This document shows, piece after piece, positions 48,190-57,010 of a stretch of 64,000 nt of DNA. Numbering within the stretch: the first letter of the stretch is position 1; each line of letters starts with the position of its first letter. The position numbers and the translations under genes were made by a program. The notes below the pieces were generated by a model. The model was not told the origin of the DNA. It saw only the letters and a program-made list of their open reading frames with translations, and made no database searches. The DNA is from Anaerolineae bacterium. GTDB taxonomy: Bacteria; Chloroflexota; Anaerolineae; Aggregatilineales; Phototrophicaceae. The stretch is from contig JASNZW010000006.1 of assembly GCA_048499435.1 (NCBI GenBank), forward strand, positions 103,942 to 167,941. Reading direction: 5' to 3'.

Positions 48190-48771
48190 ATGGCGATGGT
48201 GTTTGCGCGCGAGCAGGCGTGGGCGATTGTTACCGAATACACGGCCAGCGACTCGCTGCGGCGGCATATGCTGGCTGTCGAGGCGGCGATGCGAGCGTAT
48301 GCGCCGCGTTTCGCGGGCGATGCGGATGTGTGGGGCGTGGCCGGGCTGCTGCACGATTTCGATTACGAGCGCTACCCTGATATCAGCGCTGTGGGCCACC
48401 CGGTAGTGGGTTCGCGCATCCTGCGCGAGCGCGGCGTGCCGGAGGACATTATCCAGGCGATTCTGGCGCACGCTGAAGAGATCACTGGTGTAGCGCCGAC
48501 GACGCCGATGCAGAAGGCGCTGGTCGCGGTGGATGAGCTGACCGGCTTTCTGGTCGCGGTGGCGCTGGTGCGGCCGTCGCACAGCATCCTGGACGTTGAG
48601 CTGAAGTCTGTGAAGAAGAAGTGGAAAGACCGGGCGTTTGCCGCGCCCGTGCATCGCGCGGAGATCGAGCAGGCCGCCGCGCGCCTGGGCGTGCCGCTGG
48701 ACGAGCACATTCAGATCGTGCTGGACGCCATGAAAGCCGACGCCGCTGCGCTGGGCCTGGCCGGGGATTGA
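48190..48771 (+). CDS. HD/HDIG-domain phosphohydrolase
   Basis: 193 aa, starts 4 nt after the kinase stop. RRHMLAVEAAM..GLLHDFDY..H.. Confidence 0.78.
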   Translation: MAMVFAREQAWAIVTEYTASDSLRRHMLAVEAAMRAYAPRFAGDADVWGVAGLLHDFDYERYPDISAVGHPVVGSRILRERGVPEDIIQAILAHAEEITGVAPTTPMQKALVAVDELTGFLVAVALVRPSHSILDVELKSVKKKWKDRAFAAPVHRAEIEQAAARLGVPLDEHIQIVLDAMKADAAALGLAGD

Positions 48772-48808
48772 CCGGGCCGCCGGCGAAACGCTGTCTGTAG
48801 AACGCAAA

Positions 48809-48837
48809 AGCCCGCCTGGTTGTGTGCCAGGCGGGCT
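48809..48837. terminator. bidirectional hairpin between the convergent HD gene and the LysM-LDT gene
   Basis: AGCCCGCCTGG (48809-48819) pairs with CCAGGCGGGCT (48827-48837), a 7-nt loop, flanked by AAAA and TTTA. Confidence 0.65.
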
Positions 48838-48856
48838 TTACGATTCCCGGCGGCCG

Positions 48857-50104
48857 CTAGTACTGCACCGTAACCGGCGTGCCGATTGGGGCGAAGTCGT
48901 AGAACCACTTGGCCTCGTCGGGCGGCAGGTTGACGCAGCCGTGGCTCATGGGCTGGCCGAAGTTGTTATGCCAGTAAGTGCCGTGGATGGCATAGCCGGC
49001 GTAGAAATAGAGAATCCAGGGGACGCCGGGCAGATAATACCCCGGCCCGGTCATCGTTTGGGCTTCGTAACGGCGCTGAACCGTGAAATTGCCCTGGACA
49101 GTGGGGGTGGCCGCGCGGCCCATTGACGCCAGCGCGTTGCGGACCAGTTTGCCGTCTTCGTAGGCGTAGATGCGCGAGTCGCTCAGGTCAACCATAATTG
49201 ACCGGCCAGTTGTCACCGTCGGCTGGGGCGCGGTCACCAGCGCTTCAGGCGCGTTGATAACGCCCAGGTCGCTGAGGCTGCCGCCGCTGGGGATGATGAG
49301 CGTTTGCCCGACCTGAATTGAGTTCGGGTCGGTGATGTTGTTGGCCTGCACCACCGCCGGCCAGCTTACGCCGAAGCGCTGGGCAATTGCCGCCAGTTGG
49401 TCGCCGGGCTGCACAACGTAGGCGATGCCGCCCGGCGCGCCGCCGGTTTCTGCCGCCGGCAGGCCGCTGCCAGGGGTGATGATGAGCGTTTGTCCGCGAT
49501 AAATGCGGTTTGGGTTGTCCAGGCCGTTGAGCGCCATAATGTCATCAACTGTGACGTTGTAGCGGCTGGCGATGGCGGCCAGCGTGTCGCCGTAGCCGAC
49601 TTCGTGCGTGACGGCGGGGACGGCGGCTGCGGCGGGTAGCGGGGCTGCCGCCGGCTCTGCAGCGGCTGGCGCGGCGGCGGGCGGTGTGGTGAACACGGTG
49701 AGCGTCTGGCCGCGCAGGATGCGGTCAGGGTTGGCGATATTGTTGATCTGGGCGAGCTGGTCAGTGGTGAGGCCGTAGCGGTTGGCGATGCTTTGCAGCG
49801 TTTCGCCCGCCTGGACAACGTGGGTGGTTGGCTCAGCCGCGATCAGCGGGTTCTCGACGGCGCTGCTGAGATCGGGGATGACGAGCGACTGGCCGGACAG
49901 AATCTGCGAGGCGTTGCTGATGTTGTTCGCCTGGGCGAGGATCGCCACGCTGATGCCATAACGCAGGCTGATACGGTACAGGCTTTCGCCGGGCTGCACA
50001 ATGTGAACGGTGTCTTCGGCCTGCACCGGCGCGGCCTGCGCCGCGAGCGCCAGGCCGACGAGTGCCAGGGCAGGCAGGATGAGTCGGGTGAGACTGTGCC
50101 GCAT
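48857..50104 (-). CDS. secreted 4x LysM + YkuD L,D-transpeptidase
   Basis: ATG 50104 gives the signal peptide MRHSLTRLILPALALVGLALAAQA with an AAGGAG RBS. Four LysM repeats (e.g. HIVQPGESLYRISLRYGISVAILAQANNI). Catalytic HGCVNL. Confidence 0.88.
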   Translation of the reverse strand: MRHSLTRLILPALALVGLALAAQAAPVQAEDTVHIVQPGESLYRISLRYGISVAILAQANNISNASQILSGQSLVIPDLSSAVENPLIAAEPTTHVVQAGETLQSIANRYGLTTDQLAQINNIANPDRILRGQTLTVFTTPPAAAPAAAEPAAAPLPAAAAVPAVTHEVGYGDTLAAIASRYNVTVDDIMALNGLDNPNRIYRGQTLIITPGSGLPAAETGGAPGGIAYVVQPGDQLAAIAQRFGVSWPAVVQANNITDPNSIQVGQTLIIPSGGSLSDLGVINAPEALVTAPQPTVTTGRSIMVDLSDSRIYAYEDGKLVRNALASMGRAATPTVQGNFTVQRRYEAQTMTGPGYYLPGVPWILYFYAGYAIHGTYWHNNFGQPMSHGCVNLPPDEAKWFYDFAPIGTPVTVQY

Positions 50105-50187
50105 CTGGTCTGCTCCTTGATCGCTAGATATGCGAACAACATTACACCATGTTGCGCGTGGAGGCAATCAGCAGGACAACTGACGCT

Positions 50188-50216
50188 TTGCCGGGCAAGG
50201 TATTTGCCAGTACAAT
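50188..50216 (+). promoter_or_regulatory. sigma-70-like promoter (TTGCCG-N17-TACAAT) for the PD40 gene
   Basis: -35 at 50188-50193, -10 at 50211-50216, ~45 nt upstream of ATG 50264. Confidence 0.5.
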
Positions 50217-50263
50217 TCAGTTCTGTCTGGAGCAGAGCGATTTCGGGACCGGACTGTCTAACG

Positions 50264-52522
50264 ATGCTGGTACGCACATACCGCCTGGCGGATAAATTAG
50301 GGGTGGCGGTTATCAAGATCGCCGCCGCCGTTGTGGATGCGCTGTTTGAGGGCGCCGGGCTGGTTGTATCCACTGTGTGGCGCGTGGCGGCCGCGGTCGT
50401 GGCCGGGCTGCTGGCGGTGGTGGCTGCGCTGGCGCTGGGTGTGTGGCGGCTGGTGCGCGGCGTGGCGCGCGCGCTGTGGGCTGTGCTGCGCCGCCTGGGC
50501 CTGGCGCTGGCGGCGGTTATCGGCCTGCTGGGCCGCGGGGCGCGGGGCGCCTCGCGCGGCGCCGCGCGGGTTGCCGGGGAAGCGCGCACGAACACGATGG
50601 CGCGCCGCGCCGCCCGCGCGGAGATTGACGCCGGCGTAGTTGAAGACCCGCTGCGGACGCAGAACCGCACCCTGAGCATAGTGGCGGTGGCGCTGCTGGC
50701 GCTGCTGGTCGTGGTGGTTGTGGCCGCCACCGGCCAGGGGCAGACCCCGCCAGCGCCCGCTGCGCCGGCGGCCGGGCTGCTGCCGGGGACGGCTGCCGCG
50801 CCGCAGACCACGCTGGCGGCCCAGATTCCGACGCTTGTGCCCACCGCGACGCCAGTGCCGGCGGTGCTTCAGGCGCGCGGCAGCCTGGCGTACACCGTCC
50901 GGCAGAACGGGCGCGACGACATCTGGGGCGTGAACGTGGGCGAACATGTCCCCGTGCGCCTGGTCAGCAGCCCGGAGGATGACCGTGATCCAGCCTGGTC
51001 GCCGGATGGGCGGCGGCTGGCCTACGCCTCGCGCCAGGACGGCAACTGGGAAATCTACATCGGCGACATCAACAGCGGCGACACCACGCGCATGACCTAT
51101 GACCTGTCTTTCCAGGGCGGGCCGGGCTGGAGTCCTGATGGCGCGTGGCTGGTTTACGAAAGCTACCAGGGCAGCAACCTGGATATTTATGTGATGCGCA
51201 CCGACGGCACCGATGTGCGCCGCCTGACCGAACACTCGGCGCCGGATTTCGCCCCGGCGTGGTCGCCGGACGGCCGCCGCATCGCGTTTGTGTCGTGGCG
51301 CGACGGCAACCAGGATATTTACATCTTTTCGCTGGATGACCCGCGCGACGCCGCCGTCACCAACCTGACGAACACGCCCGACCGCCACGAGGGGCGGCCT
51401 GCGTGGTCGCCGGACGGCGCGCTGCTGGCGTACAGCGCCGTTGACCAGGGCGTGGAGAAGGTGTTCGTTAAACCGGCTGATGACCCTGATGCCCCGGCGC
51501 AGGCGCTGGGGCGCGGGCGCACGCCGGCCTGGTCGCCGGACGGGACGAGCCTGATCGCGGCGGTGGATTCGATCGAGGGGACGCAGTTTGTCGCGCTGCC
51601 CTTTGCGGATACCGGCGTCGCGACGCTGGTGATTCCGGTGGCGGGCCGCGCCACCGCGCCAAGCTGGACCGCGGTTCCGCTGACGCAGGCGCTGGTCAGC
51701 GCCGGCGGGGTGGGGCCGGCGGCCAGCGCGCCGCTGTTCACCGAGCAGGAGACGCGCTTTGAAGGCGACCCGCCCTATAAGCTGCAAAGCCTGATTGATG
51801 TGGACACGCGCGTGGCAGCGCTCAGCGACCGGGTGAACGACTCGTTTAACGCCCTGCGCGTGCGCACGCTGGAGGCCGCCGGGTGGGATTTCCTGGGGCA
51901 GCTTGAGGATGCGTTCTGGCCGATTGACCGGCTGCCGCAGCCGGGTGAGGAGCGCCGCAACTGGCACATGACCGGGCGCAGCTTCGCCGTCAACCGCAAC
52001 GCGATTGTCGGCTTCCCGGCGGCGGTTGAGGTGGTGCGCGAGGACCTGGAGACGGACACGTACTGGCGCGTCTTTGTGCGTGTGGCCGAAGACCAGCAGA
52101 ACGGGCAGCTCGGCGAGCCGCTGCGCGCCATGCCCTGGGATTTCCTGAGCCGCAACCAGGGCGATGTCGAGGCGTACAACCAGGGCGGGCGGCTGCGCGC
52201 CGCTGTGCCCAGCGGCTACTATATTGACTTTACACAGTTGGCGCAGGATTACGGCTGGGAGCGCACCCCGGCGGCGACGGATTGGCGCGGCAACTACAAC
52301 GGCACGAATTTCTGGGCTTTCCAGCAGCGCGGCGGCCTGTCGTGGCTGGAGGCCATGCGCGAGATTTACACCGAGGGCCAGCTTGGCGGCTTCGCCCAGC
52401 AGCCGGCGGCGACGGCCACCGGCGCGATCAACCCGTCAACGCCGGCGTTCCTGCCGACGCCGTCGTCCACCAGCGCGCCAACCCTGCCGCCGCCGCCGCT
52501 CGATACGGAGGGCAGTGGATGA
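50264..52522 (+). CDS. membrane-anchored TolB-like PD40 beta-propeller protein with an unassigned ~270-aa C-terminal domain
   Basis: ATG 50264 (the ORF-track start 49793 is antisense to the LDT gene). Hydrophobic/Arg-rich N-terminus with TM helices. Repeated AWSPDG(R/A)xLAY/DIY PD40 motifs (about 6). Confidence 0.8.
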   Translation: MLVRTYRLADKLGVAVIKIAAAVVDALFEGAGLVVSTVWRVAAAVVAGLLAVVAALALGVWRLVRGVARALWAVLRRLGLALAAVIGLLGRGARGASRGAARVAGEARTNTMARRAARAEIDAGVVEDPLRTQNRTLSIVAVALLALLVVVVVAATGQGQTPPAPAAPAAGLLPGTAAAPQTTLAAQIPTLVPTATPVPAVLQARGSLAYTVRQNGRDDIWGVNVGEHVPVRLVSSPEDDRDPAWSPDGRRLAYASRQDGNWEIYIGDINSGDTTRMTYDLSFQGGPGWSPDGAWLVYESYQGSNLDIYVMRTDGTDVRRLTEHSAPDFAPAWSPDGRRIAFVSWRDGNQDIYIFSLDDPRDAAVTNLTNTPDRHEGRPAWSPDGALLAYSAVDQGVEKVFVKPADDPDAPAQALGRGRTPAWSPDGTSLIAAVDSIEGTQFVALPFADTGVATLVIPVAGRATAPSWTAVPLTQALVSAGGVGPAASAPLFTEQETRFEGDPPYKLQSLIDVDTRVAALSDRVNDSFNALRVRTLEAAGWDFLGQLEDAFWPIDRLPQPGEERRNWHMTGRSFAVNRNAIVGFPAAVEVVREDLETDTYWRVFVRVAEDQQNGQLGEPLRAMPWDFLSRNQGDVEAYNQGGRLRAAVPSGYYIDFTQLAQDYGWERTPAATDWRGNYNGTNFWAFQQRGGLSWLEAMREIYTEGQLGGFAQQPAATATGAINPSTPAFLPTPSSTSAPTLPPPPLDTEGSG

Positions 52523-53781
52523 GCCGACAACGCGGTTTTCCGGCGCTGCTGGCGGTGGTCGTGGTGGTGGCCGGCTTTGGCGCGCTGCTGTGGGCCAACG
52601 CCGCGCCCACGCCGCCCCTGCAGCCGGTGATCCCAACCGAAGCTGTTCCGACTGCTGACCCGGACTCGTGGCAGAACATTCTGCGCGCAGGTTTTGGCAG
52701 CAACAGCACGCCGCTGCCGACCGTCGCGATTCCCGCGCAGCCGTTCGTCGCGCCTACGCTGGCGCTCAGCGGCGGCGCTGACGCTGTGCCCATTGAGCCG
52801 GGCGCGCTGCCGGAGGCGGCGCTGCCCACTTTTGCCCCGTTCAGCGCCGTCACGCCGACCCCGCCGCCGCCGACGGCGGTCGCGCTAGCGTTTGATGCGC
52901 CGCTGACGGTGCAGGCGGTGACGCGCCCGCCGTCGGTGTGGCGCCCGCCGCCGCTGGTCCCGCCGCTCTCGCGCGACCCGCTGGGGCGCGATCATTACTG
53001 GTTCCAGCGCCCGGTCGATTCCAACGCCAACAACGCGGCCCTGTTCTACTACTCGTATGGCTCTGACGGGCCGGAGCAGGAAAACCCCTGGCGCGTGCAC
53101 AACGGCATTGACATGCCTAACCCGGTAGGGGAAACGGTGCGCGCGGCTGGTTCGGGCAAGGTGATCTGGGCGGCGGAGGGCGCGTTCCAGAACTCGCCGT
53201 CGTATGGCAACGTGGTGGCGATCGAGCACGATTTCGGCTATCGCGGCCAGCCACTGTACACGGTGTACGCGCACCTGTCGGCGGTGCTGGTGGCGAACGG
53301 CCAGCACGTTAACGCTGGCGACGTTATCGGTTTGATCGGCCAGACCGGGCGTGTGAGCGGCCCGCATGTGCATTTCGAGGTGCGGCTGAACGAGAACCAC
53401 TACCGGGCGACAATGAACCCGCTGCTGTGGATGGTTCCTTACGTTGGGCACGGCGTCATCGCCGGGCGTGTGACGAACGCCGCCGGCGAGCCGCTGATGG
53501 ACCACGAGATCACGGTGCGGCGCTGGGCAACCGGCTTGGTCCACGACACGACGACGTCGTATGTCTACCAGCATAACGGCCTGGACGTGAATGCCGACCC
53601 GCTGTGGAACGAGAATTTCGCCATTGGCGATGTGCCGGCCGGGCGTTATGAGGTGGTTGCCAACATTGACGGCGAACGTGTGGCGCAGCTTGTGGACGTG
53701 GTCGAGGGCACGACCGTGTTTGTCGAGCTGGCCCCGCGCCGCGCGGAAACAAGGGAAATCACGCCGACTGCGCCATCCTAA
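52519..53781 (+). CDS. membrane-anchored M23 (LytM-type) metallopeptidase with a CarboxypepD_reg-like C-terminal domain
   Basis: ATG 52519 overlaps the upstream stop (ATGA). TM helix FPALLAVVVVVAGFGALLW. HNGIDM, and GPHVHFEVR. C-terminal ..IAGRVTNAAGEPL.. Confidence 0.85.
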   Translation: MSRQRGFPALLAVVVVVAGFGALLWANAAPTPPLQPVIPTEAVPTADPDSWQNILRAGFGSNSTPLPTVAIPAQPFVAPTLALSGGADAVPIEPGALPEAALPTFAPFSAVTPTPPPPTAVALAFDAPLTVQAVTRPPSVWRPPPLVPPLSRDPLGRDHYWFQRPVDSNANNAALFYYSYGSDGPEQENPWRVHNGIDMPNPVGETVRAAGSGKVIWAAEGAFQNSPSYGNVVAIEHDFGYRGQPLYTVYAHLSAVLVANGQHVNAGDVIGLIGQTGRVSGPHVHFEVRLNENHYRATMNPLLWMVPYVGHGVIAGRVTNAAGEPLMDHEITVRRWATGLVHDTTTSYVYQHNGLDVNADPLWNENFAIGDVPAGRYEVVANIDGERVAQLVDVVEGTTVFVELAPRRAETREITPTAPS

Positions 53782-53882
53782 CGGTGGCTAACCGTTGGGC
53801 ATGGCGGGTAGCGCCGGCGCCGCGCTTTCGCTAGACTCAAGCCTGCTAAACGATGCATCCTTAAGCAAAAGGAGCGTTCGAG

Positions 53883-56060
53883 ATGTCAGACAGGTTGAAG
53901 ATGCTGCGGCGGCTGGCGCTGCTGATGATGGGCTTGCTGCTGCTGATCGTACCGGCGGTTTCGGCGCAGGAGGCTGCCGCGCGCGTCCTTGAGCCGGGCG
54001 TGCCGGTCAGCGGCACGCTGGATAACCAGAACGTTGCCCAGGTGTATTCGTTTGCGGGCGCTGCCGGTGAAACGGTGCTGCTCACGGTGCGCAGCACCGC
54101 CGGCCTGGGGCTGGCGCTGCTGGTGACCGACGCCACAGGCGACCCGGTGGCACAGGCGTTCAACACGACCGGCGCGCTGACCCTTGAAGCCGCGCTGCCA
54201 GCCGATGGCACCTATTACGCGACGGTGCTGTCGGCGATTGGCGTGCTGGTTCCTGCTGGCAGCGCCTTTGAAATAACGCTTATGCCCGGCGAGGGCGCGC
54301 CGCCGCCGACCGCCGCCCCCACCGCTGAGGCGGAAGAAACGCCGCCGGCAGAGCCGGAAGCCGCGCCAGCGGCCGTTTCCGCGCCGCCGGACCCGGTTCC
54401 CGCTCGCAGCTTTGTGCCGGGGCAGGTGCTGATCTCAACCGGCTTGCAGATTGAGCTGACGTGGAACTCGACAGCCAACCTGGACCTGGAGGTGCGCGAC
54501 CCGGTGGGCGGCAGCCTGCGTTTTGCGACGCCCTCTGTTAACAGCGGCGGCCAGTTCGAGGCTAACGCCAACGCGCTGTGCGCCGCCGCCACCGCCGATA
54601 GCCCGACCGAGCGCGCGTTCTGGCCGGCAGGCGCGATCCCGACGGGCAGCTATGAGGTGCTGGTTTATTACCAGCCCCTGACCGACTGCCCAACGTCCGA
54701 CCCGGTGGACTTTTCCATCAACGTGGTGCTGGACGGCGAAGTGATAGAGCCGATCACGGGCCAGGTGCGGCCCAATGACATTTTTGTGGCCAGTTTCGTC
54801 GTGGGGGCTGACGCCGCCCTGACCGCGCGGCCCGGCGGCCTGTACAACGACATCGCCGCGCTGCCGCCCGTTCCGCTGGCAGACCTGCTGGCGTTCGCCC
54901 GGCCTATCGCGCGCGATGTCGTCGCGGAAGATGTGCTGACGAACGACTGGTATTACCGCGTGTACAGTTTCGACGGCAGCGCCGGGGAGATCGTTTCGAT
55001 CACCCTGAACGCCGTTTCCGGCAGCCTGGATACGCTGCTGCTGCTGGCCAACTCTGCGGGCAGCGTCATTGATTTCAACGACGACTTCGCGCCGGGGAAC
55101 ACCGATTCCGGCATTCTCAACCGGCGGCTGCTCACCACCGACACGTACTACATCATCGCCACGCGCTACGGCAAGGATGTGGGCGGAACCGAAGGCGGCT
55201 ATGAGCTGCTGCTGACGGGGACGGTGGGCGATCTGCCGCAGGAAGTGCTTGACCTGGGGCTGGAACGGGGCGATGTGGAGATCGTGCTGGCGTGGAACAC
55301 TAACGCGGATTTGCAGCTTCTGGTGCGCGATCCGCGCGGCGACTCGGTGTTTGACGACATCCCGCAGATTCCCAGCGGCGGGCGGCTGGCGGCCGCCGGC
55401 AACGTAGGCTGCCGCGTGTCAGAGACCAACCCGGTATCGTACATTTACTGGCCGCAGGGCACGCTTACGCCCGGCGTGTACGAGGTCGAGGTGTGGTATC
55501 AGAGCGCCTGTAACGACAACCAACCGGTGACGTTTGAGCTGGCGATCTTCGTTGACGGCCTGCCAGTGTTTAACGGCACAGCGTCGCCGTCACTGCTGGA
55601 AAAATATGTGACCAACTTCACCATCGGGGTGGACGGCAGCGTGCAGACCGAGGCGGGCGGGTTTATTGGCACCAGCCAGCGCATCGACTCCGGCTCGCTG
55701 GCCTGGCGCGACCAGATTGACCAGGCGATACCGGTTGTCAGCGGCCAGCCGGTGGCGGGCAGCATCACCACGGACAACAAGTTCGATCTGTTCAGTTTTG
55801 AAGGGCAGGCGGGCGACGTGGTTTCGATCAGCGTTGTGGCGACCGGCGGCCGGCTGGACACGGCGCTGTTCCTGATGGACCCTAATGGCTTCCAGGTGGC
55901 GGAGAACGACGACGCGGTTGTGGGCGAAAGCACCGATTCGCTGATCAGCGAATTTACCTTGCCACAGGATGGACAATATATTATTATTGCCACCCACTTT
56001 GGCATGCAGTATGGCGGCACAACCGGGGCCTACAGCCTGACATTTACACGGTTGAACTAG
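53883..56060 (+). CDS. secreted modular protein: three PPC-like (pre-peptidase C-terminal type) domains alternating with two DUF2135/YfaP-like domains
   Basis: 725 aa with a signal peptide (LALLMMGLLLLIVPAVSAQE). A modules have YSF.G.AGE.V.I....G.LDT.L.L....G......NDD...DS.I....L..DG.Y.I.AT. B modules have L.WN..A.L.L.VRDP.G.S. Confidence 0.75.
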   Translation: MSDRLKMLRRLALLMMGLLLLIVPAVSAQEAAARVLEPGVPVSGTLDNQNVAQVYSFAGAAGETVLLTVRSTAGLGLALLVTDATGDPVAQAFNTTGALTLEAALPADGTYYATVLSAIGVLVPAGSAFEITLMPGEGAPPPTAAPTAEAEETPPAEPEAAPAAVSAPPDPVPARSFVPGQVLISTGLQIELTWNSTANLDLEVRDPVGGSLRFATPSVNSGGQFEANANALCAAATADSPTERAFWPAGAIPTGSYEVLVYYQPLTDCPTSDPVDFSINVVLDGEVIEPITGQVRPNDIFVASFVVGADAALTARPGGLYNDIAALPPVPLADLLAFARPIARDVVAEDVLTNDWYYRVYSFDGSAGEIVSITLNAVSGSLDTLLLLANSAGSVIDFNDDFAPGNTDSGILNRRLLTTDTYYIIATRYGKDVGGTEGGYELLLTGTVGDLPQEVLDLGLERGDVEIVLAWNTNADLQLLVRDPRGDSVFDDIPQIPSGGRLAAAGNVGCRVSETNPVSYIYWPQGTLTPGVYEVEVWYQSACNDNQPVTFELAIFVDGLPVFNGTASPSLLEKYVTNFTIGVDGSVQTEAGGFIGTSQRIDSGSLAWRDQIDQAIPVVSGQPVAGSITTDNKFDLFSFEGQAGDVVSISVVATGGRLDTALFLMDPNGFQVAENDDAVVGESTDSLISEFTLPQDGQYIIIATHFGMQYGGTTGAYSLTFTRLN

Positions 56061-56234
56061 GGGCAAAAACGACTACAATTGGGGGGTGGTTTTCTGCAAA
56101 CCAGGCCCCGGCGCGCTGAAACAGGCCGCACACCCGGCCCTGTGCGCCTGCTGAAAACTGTCGCGACCATTCCGGTTTGAGCGTTCCGGCACAAAAACGC
56201 TCGCTGCTGTCTTATTCATCCGAAAGGAGAGGCG

Positions 56235-56960
56235 GTGATCTTCTGCCCGCTGGTGGCAGATAGCCGCCCATGCTTGCTTATGCGTCCACGTCTGGTTTTT
56301 CTGCTGCTGACTATCCCGGTGCTGCTGGCGGCGGCCTGCGCGCCCCCGCCGGAGCTGCGCAACGACGCGCTGCTGAAAGATAAAAGCCTGATCACCGGCG
56401 AGCCGTGCGGCGCGCCCTGCTTTCGCGGGATCACGCCCGGCGAGACAGCCTGGAATGACGCCCTGACGATCATTGAGGACGACGCCCAGTTCTCAAATGT
56501 CCAGACCCAGCAGGCTGAGGACAGCACCCTGGTCCAGGCGGCGTGGCAGGATGGCGACGGCCAGCTTTGCTGCCAGATGATTTCAGAGGATGGCAGGACG
56601 GTTTCAGGCATTTTCCTGCTGACCGCCCCCGCCATGACGGCCGCCGACGTGATTCGCACGCACGGCGAGCCGGCTTACCTCACCGGGACAGAATTTACCG
56701 AGGATCAGGCGGTCGTCAATCTGTTTTATCCTGACGTGCCGATGATCGTGTATGTGTTTATCGCCGGCACCAAAAACGGCATTCTGAGTGAGTCCAGCGA
56801 GGTTGTCGGCGCTGTCTACCTGACGGCTGACCAGATGGACCTGTTTCTACAAACGCTTAACCTGTACCGTTGGGATGGATTTAAAGCGTACAGCGAGTAC
56901 GCCGCGGATGAATTCGACGTAACGCCCAGCGTTACGCTGACACCTACCCCGGAACAGTAG
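56235..56960 (+). CDS. putative lipoprotein, function unknown
   Basis: 241 aa. Lipobox-like LLAAAC after a hydrophobic stretch. GTG 56235 has an AAGGAGAGG RBS. Alternative ATG at 56280. Confidence 0.6.
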   Translation: MIFCPLVADSRPCLLMRPRLVFLLLTIPVLLAAACAPPPELRNDALLKDKSLITGEPCGAPCFRGITPGETAWNDALTIIEDDAQFSNVQTQQAEDSTLVQAAWQDGDGQLCCQMISEDGRTVSGIFLLTAPAMTAADVIRTHGEPAYLTGTEFTEDQAVVNLFYPDVPMIVYVFIAGTKNGILSESSEVVGAVYLTADQMDLFLQTLNLYRWDGFKAYSEYAADEFDVTPSVTLTPTPEQ

Positions 56961-57010
56961 CGCATATTCGGCTATCGAGAGTTGAGTTAGGGAATAAGGA
57001 GCACGGTAAG

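Noticed and set aside
49793-50263. N-terminal extensions of ORF-track entries. Examples are 49793 for the PD40 gene, 41173 for the SBP, 39169 for obg, 13949 for panC, 44747 for the lyase, 52282 for M23, 35040 for AAA+ and 32290 for clpP.
   Set aside because: The extensions overlap neighbouring genes, promoters or a terminator (44753-44783). They encode Arg-rich junk, and internal starts give canonical N-termini or signal peptides with RBS-like sequences.
50105-50263. Possible c-di-AMP (ydaO-type) or other riboswitch upstream of the LysM/L,D-transpeptidase gene, since such elements often precede wall hydrolase genes.
   Set aside because: The leader left after the likely -10 element is short. 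I could not find the conserved ydaO core motifs. An Rfam scan would be needed to be certain.
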